This document shows, piece by piece, positions 61,419-64,000 of a DNA stretch of 64,000 bases. The notes beneath the pieces were generated by a model. The model ran no database searches. It had not been told where the DNA came from and saw only the letters and a program-made list of their open reading frames with translations. The position numbers were made by a program, and so were the translations under genes. Origin of the DNA: Candidatus Poribacteria bacterium (GTDB taxonomy: Bacteria > Poribacteria > WGA-4E > UBA9662); contig JAYZAL010000047.1 of NCBI GenBank assembly GCA_036339735.1, forward strand, positions 76,779 to 140,778, read 5' to 3'. Each line of letters begins with the position of its first letter. Within the stretch, counting starts at the first letter, position 1.

Positions 61419-63287
61419 ATGAAAACCCGACGATTGACAATGGGCCAAGCCATTGTTGAATACCTAAAACAACAATACGTTGAACGAGATGGTGTAGAGC
61501 AATCTTTCTTTGCAGGCATGTTTGGTATTTTTGGACATGGTAATGTCGCTGGGATCGGACAAGCGTTACACCAGTATGCTGATTCATTTCGATATTATCA
61601 GACTCGAAATGAACAAGCTATGGTACACACAGCTGCTGCTTTCGCTAAGATGAATAATCGAATGCGCACACTAGCTTGTACTACATCGATTGGGCCTGGA
61701 GCCACTAATATGTTAACAGCAGCGGCCGGAGCTACGATTAATCGTTTACCGGTCTTACTTTTACCTGGTGATATTTTTGCCAGTCGGCTTGTGTCTCCAG
61801 TTTTACAACAGCTAGAATCTCAAGTTTCACAAGATCTTTCCGTTAACGACTGTTTTAAGCCAATTTCGAAATATTGGGATCGAATCAATCGGCCAGAACA
61901 GATCATTACCTCATTGCCTGAAGCTATGCGAGTATTGACTTCACAGGCAGAAACAGGCACAGTAACATTATCTTTGCCACAGGATGTTCAATCAGAAGCT
62001 TACGACTATCCGGTTAGCTTGTTCGAAAAACGTACCCACGTGATTGCACGACCTCAAGCAGACAATCGGTTGCTTAAAAAAGCTGTCCAGTGGATTCAGT
62101 CGAGTCAGAAACCTTTGATAATCTCGGGTGGAGGTACTATCTATGCTGAGGCAACAGCTGAATTAAAATCTTTAGTCGAAAAAACTTGGATCCCAGTGGC
62201 TGAAACATTTGCGGGAAAAGGCTCACTAAATTATGATCATCCCCAATGCTTAGGTGCTATGGGTGTTACTGGCACGCCTGGGGCAAATATAATCGCGCGC
62301 GACGCAGACTTAATAATTGTGGTTGGCTCACGCTTAAGCGATTTTACAACAGCCTCCAAAACAGCTTTCCAAAATCCGAATGTTAGGTTTATCAATATAA
62401 ATGTTGCTGAGTTCGATGCTGCTAAACATGCTGCGCTACCCTTAGTAGGAGATGCAAGAACTATTCTGTCCTTTTTAGTTGGGGCACTGGACGATTTTCG
62501 GATTACTACTGATTATGCGCAGGAAATTGATAATCACAACAAATTCTGGCTTGATGAGGTCAATCGAATTTACGACTTAGGGCATTCTCCACAACCAAGT
62601 CAAGGTGAAGTTATCGGCGCCGTCAACCGCTTTTCTGATAACAAAGATGTGGTTGTTTGTGCCGCTGGAAGCATGCCCGGAGATTTACATAAACTATGGC
62701 AAACTAGTGATCCTAAGGGCTTCCACCTCGAATATGGTTATTCATGTATGGGTTATGAGATTGCGGGGGGGTTAGGCTGTAAAATGGCTTCCCCTGATCG
62801 CGAAATTTACGTTTTAGTTGGTGATGGTTCCTACCTAATGATGGCACAAGAAATTGTCACATCAATTCAGGAGGGATACAAGTTGACTATTATCTTAATT
62901 AATAATAATGGCTATGCTTCTATAAATGGCTTGTCCAATAGTGTGGGAGTGCAGGGGTATGGTACCAAGTATAGGTACCGAGGAAATGAGTCTGGCCAGT
63001 TGGATGGACAAAATCTGCCAGTTGACTTAGCCAAAAATGCTGAAAGTTTAGGTGCGAACGTAATTCCGGCGAAATCACTGGCTGACTTCAGATTGGCTCT
63101 AGAAAAAGCTAAGTTGTCTGATATTACCACAGTCGTTTCAATCAATATCGAATTTGAGCCTCGCGTGCCGGGATACGAGTCTTGGTGGGATGTTCCGGTA
63201 GCAGAAGTTTCTGAGGTCGAAACCGCTCAATCTGCTTATCGTGAATATGAAGACCAAAAAGTGAAGGAAAGATACTTTTTGACATGA
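61419..63287 (+). CDS. iolD: 3D-(3,5/4)-trihydroxycyclohexane-1,2-dione acylhydrolase
   Basis: Motifs RLTMGQA, IFGHGNVAG, RNEQAM, EYGYSCMGYEIAG, GDGSYLM and WWDVPV. Confidence 0.96.
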   Translation: MKTRRLTMGQAIVEYLKQQYVERDGVEQSFFAGMFGIFGHGNVAGIGQALHQYADSFRYYQTRNEQAMVHTAAAFAKMNNRMRTLACTTSIGPGATNMLTAAAGATINRLPVLLLPGDIFASRLVSPVLQQLESQVSQDLSVNDCFKPISKYWDRINRPEQIITSLPEAMRVLTSQAETGTVTLSLPQDVQSEAYDYPVSLFEKRTHVIARPQADNRLLKKAVQWIQSSQKPLIISGGGTIYAEATAELKSLVEKTWIPVAETFAGKGSLNYDHPQCLGAMGVTGTPGANIIARDADLIIVVGSRLSDFTTASKTAFQNPNVRFININVAEFDAAKHAALPLVGDARTILSFLVGALDDFRITTDYAQEIDNHNKFWLDEVNRIYDLGHSPQPSQGEVIGAVNRFSDNKDVVVCAAGSMPGDLHKLWQTSDPKGFHLEYGYSCMGYEIAGGLGCKMASPDREIYVLVGDGSYLMMAQEIVTSIQEGYKLTIILINNNGYASINGLSNSVGVQGYGTKYRYRGNESGQLDGQNLPVDLAKNAESLGANVIPAKSLADFRLALEKAKLSDITTVVSINIEFEPRVPGYESWWDVPVAEVSEVETAQSAYREYEDQKVKERYFLT

Positions 63288-63520
63288 AAGCTATCGAACT
63301 TTTAACATCGATAAAGAATGGGAAGCCGGTTACTTGTGATACTTGCCAAGACAAAATTCCAAGTAAAGACATCTTAGAATTCAATTTTAAATTGGGCAAG
63401 CTAGCACCTCGTATGGAGGATGTTTGCATAGGATCGGTCGTTTGCGTGGAATGCCAAAAACGAGATGAACTAATACAGATTGAACCACGAGGTCCTGATA
63501 TCAAGTTTGTTCGGGGATAG
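63284..63520 (+). CDS. Small CxxC...CxxC zinc-binding protein
   Basis: ATGA overlap with the iolD stop; CDTC and CVEC motifs. Confidence 0.65.
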   Translation: MKAIELLTSIKNGKPVTCDTCQDKIPSKDILEFNFKLGKLAPRMEDVCIGSVVCVECQKRDELIQIEPRGPDIKFVRG

Positions 63521-63524
63521 AACA

Positions 63525-64000
63525 ATTAATCGCGGATTTCTATACTACGTATTGGTGATCGTTTTTTTTAATTTCGCCCTGATTGGTTGTGAGACTTGGA
63601 TTCACCCTATCACCGAACATTTGGGTTCTTACTCCGAAGGATTAGCTCGGGTCGAAATTAAGGGGAAATGGGGTTATGTAGACCTGAAAGGTCGATTGAT
63701 TGTTGCACCTAAATTTGACTATGCGTGGGATTTTAGCGAAGGATTTGCTGCGGTTCGGCTTGGTAATCACTGGGGTTATATTGCCCTTGGTGGAAACTTC
63801 GTTATTCAACCAACATTTGATTGGGCTTACGAGTTTTCAGAAGGGTTAGCCGCCGTTCGCTCTGAATGGAAATGGGGATATATTGATTACCGTGGCGAAT
63901 ATGTGATTCAGCCACAGTTTGAGGTTGCACATCCTTTCGTCAATGGCATTGCTAAAGTGAAGCGGGATGGTCTTTGGGAGCTAATAAATAGAGAAGGCCA
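63525..64000 (+). CDS. WG-repeat lipoprotein, truncated at the window edge; not in the ORF track
   Basis: Manual translation gives a lipobox LIGC, then repeats SEGLARVEIKGKWGYVD, SEGFAAVRLGNHWGYI and SEGLAAVRSEWKWGYID. Start is uncertain (ATT 63525 or TTG 63507). Confidence 0.88.
   Translation, partial: MNRGFLYYVLVIVFFNFALIGCETWIHPITEHLGSYSEGLARVEIKGKWGYVDLKGRLIVAPKFDYAWDFSEGFAAVRLGNHWGYIALGGNFVIQPTFDWAYEFSEGLAAVRSEWKWGYIDYRGEYVIQPQFEVAHPFVNGIAKVKRDGLWELINREG

Overview
Bacterial chromosome segment, moderately AT-rich (roughly 40% GC by eye) and densely coding. I found no CRISPR array, rRNA, integrase or transposase. Several protein features suggest Candidatus Poribacteria or a related FCB-like lineage (inference): two proteins ending in an 'NYPNPFNPETWIP...ILK' sorting-type domain, a 'V..GK...W..IK' C-terminal tail and three PhyH dioxygenases. 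Bases 1-14.7 kb hold two minus-strand envelope operons. The first encodes a WD40/dockerin/CTD surface protein, a cohesin lipoprotein, a beta-helix lipoprotein, a catalytically degenerate caspase-like membrane protein and a coiled-coil diadenylate cyclase. The second encodes a 1,110-aa TPR protein, an outer-membrane beta-barrel, ExbB/TolQ and a TonB-like protein that the ORF track missed. These two operons are the best candidates for an undescribed system. The rest is mostly housekeeping and metabolism: tsaE, serS, tRNA-Val/tRNA-Asp, an ArsA/Get3-like ATPase, hslVU, trpB2, an RhlE-like helicase, a SPINDLY-like GT41, a selenocysteine formate dehydrogenase (in-frame UGA plus SECIS joining two ORF-track ORFs) with fdhD, gltX, an acyl-ACP desaturase, kdsB-pyrG-hisC-iolD and a truncated WG-repeat lipoprotein. 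All calls come from motif recognition by eye; no database searches were run.
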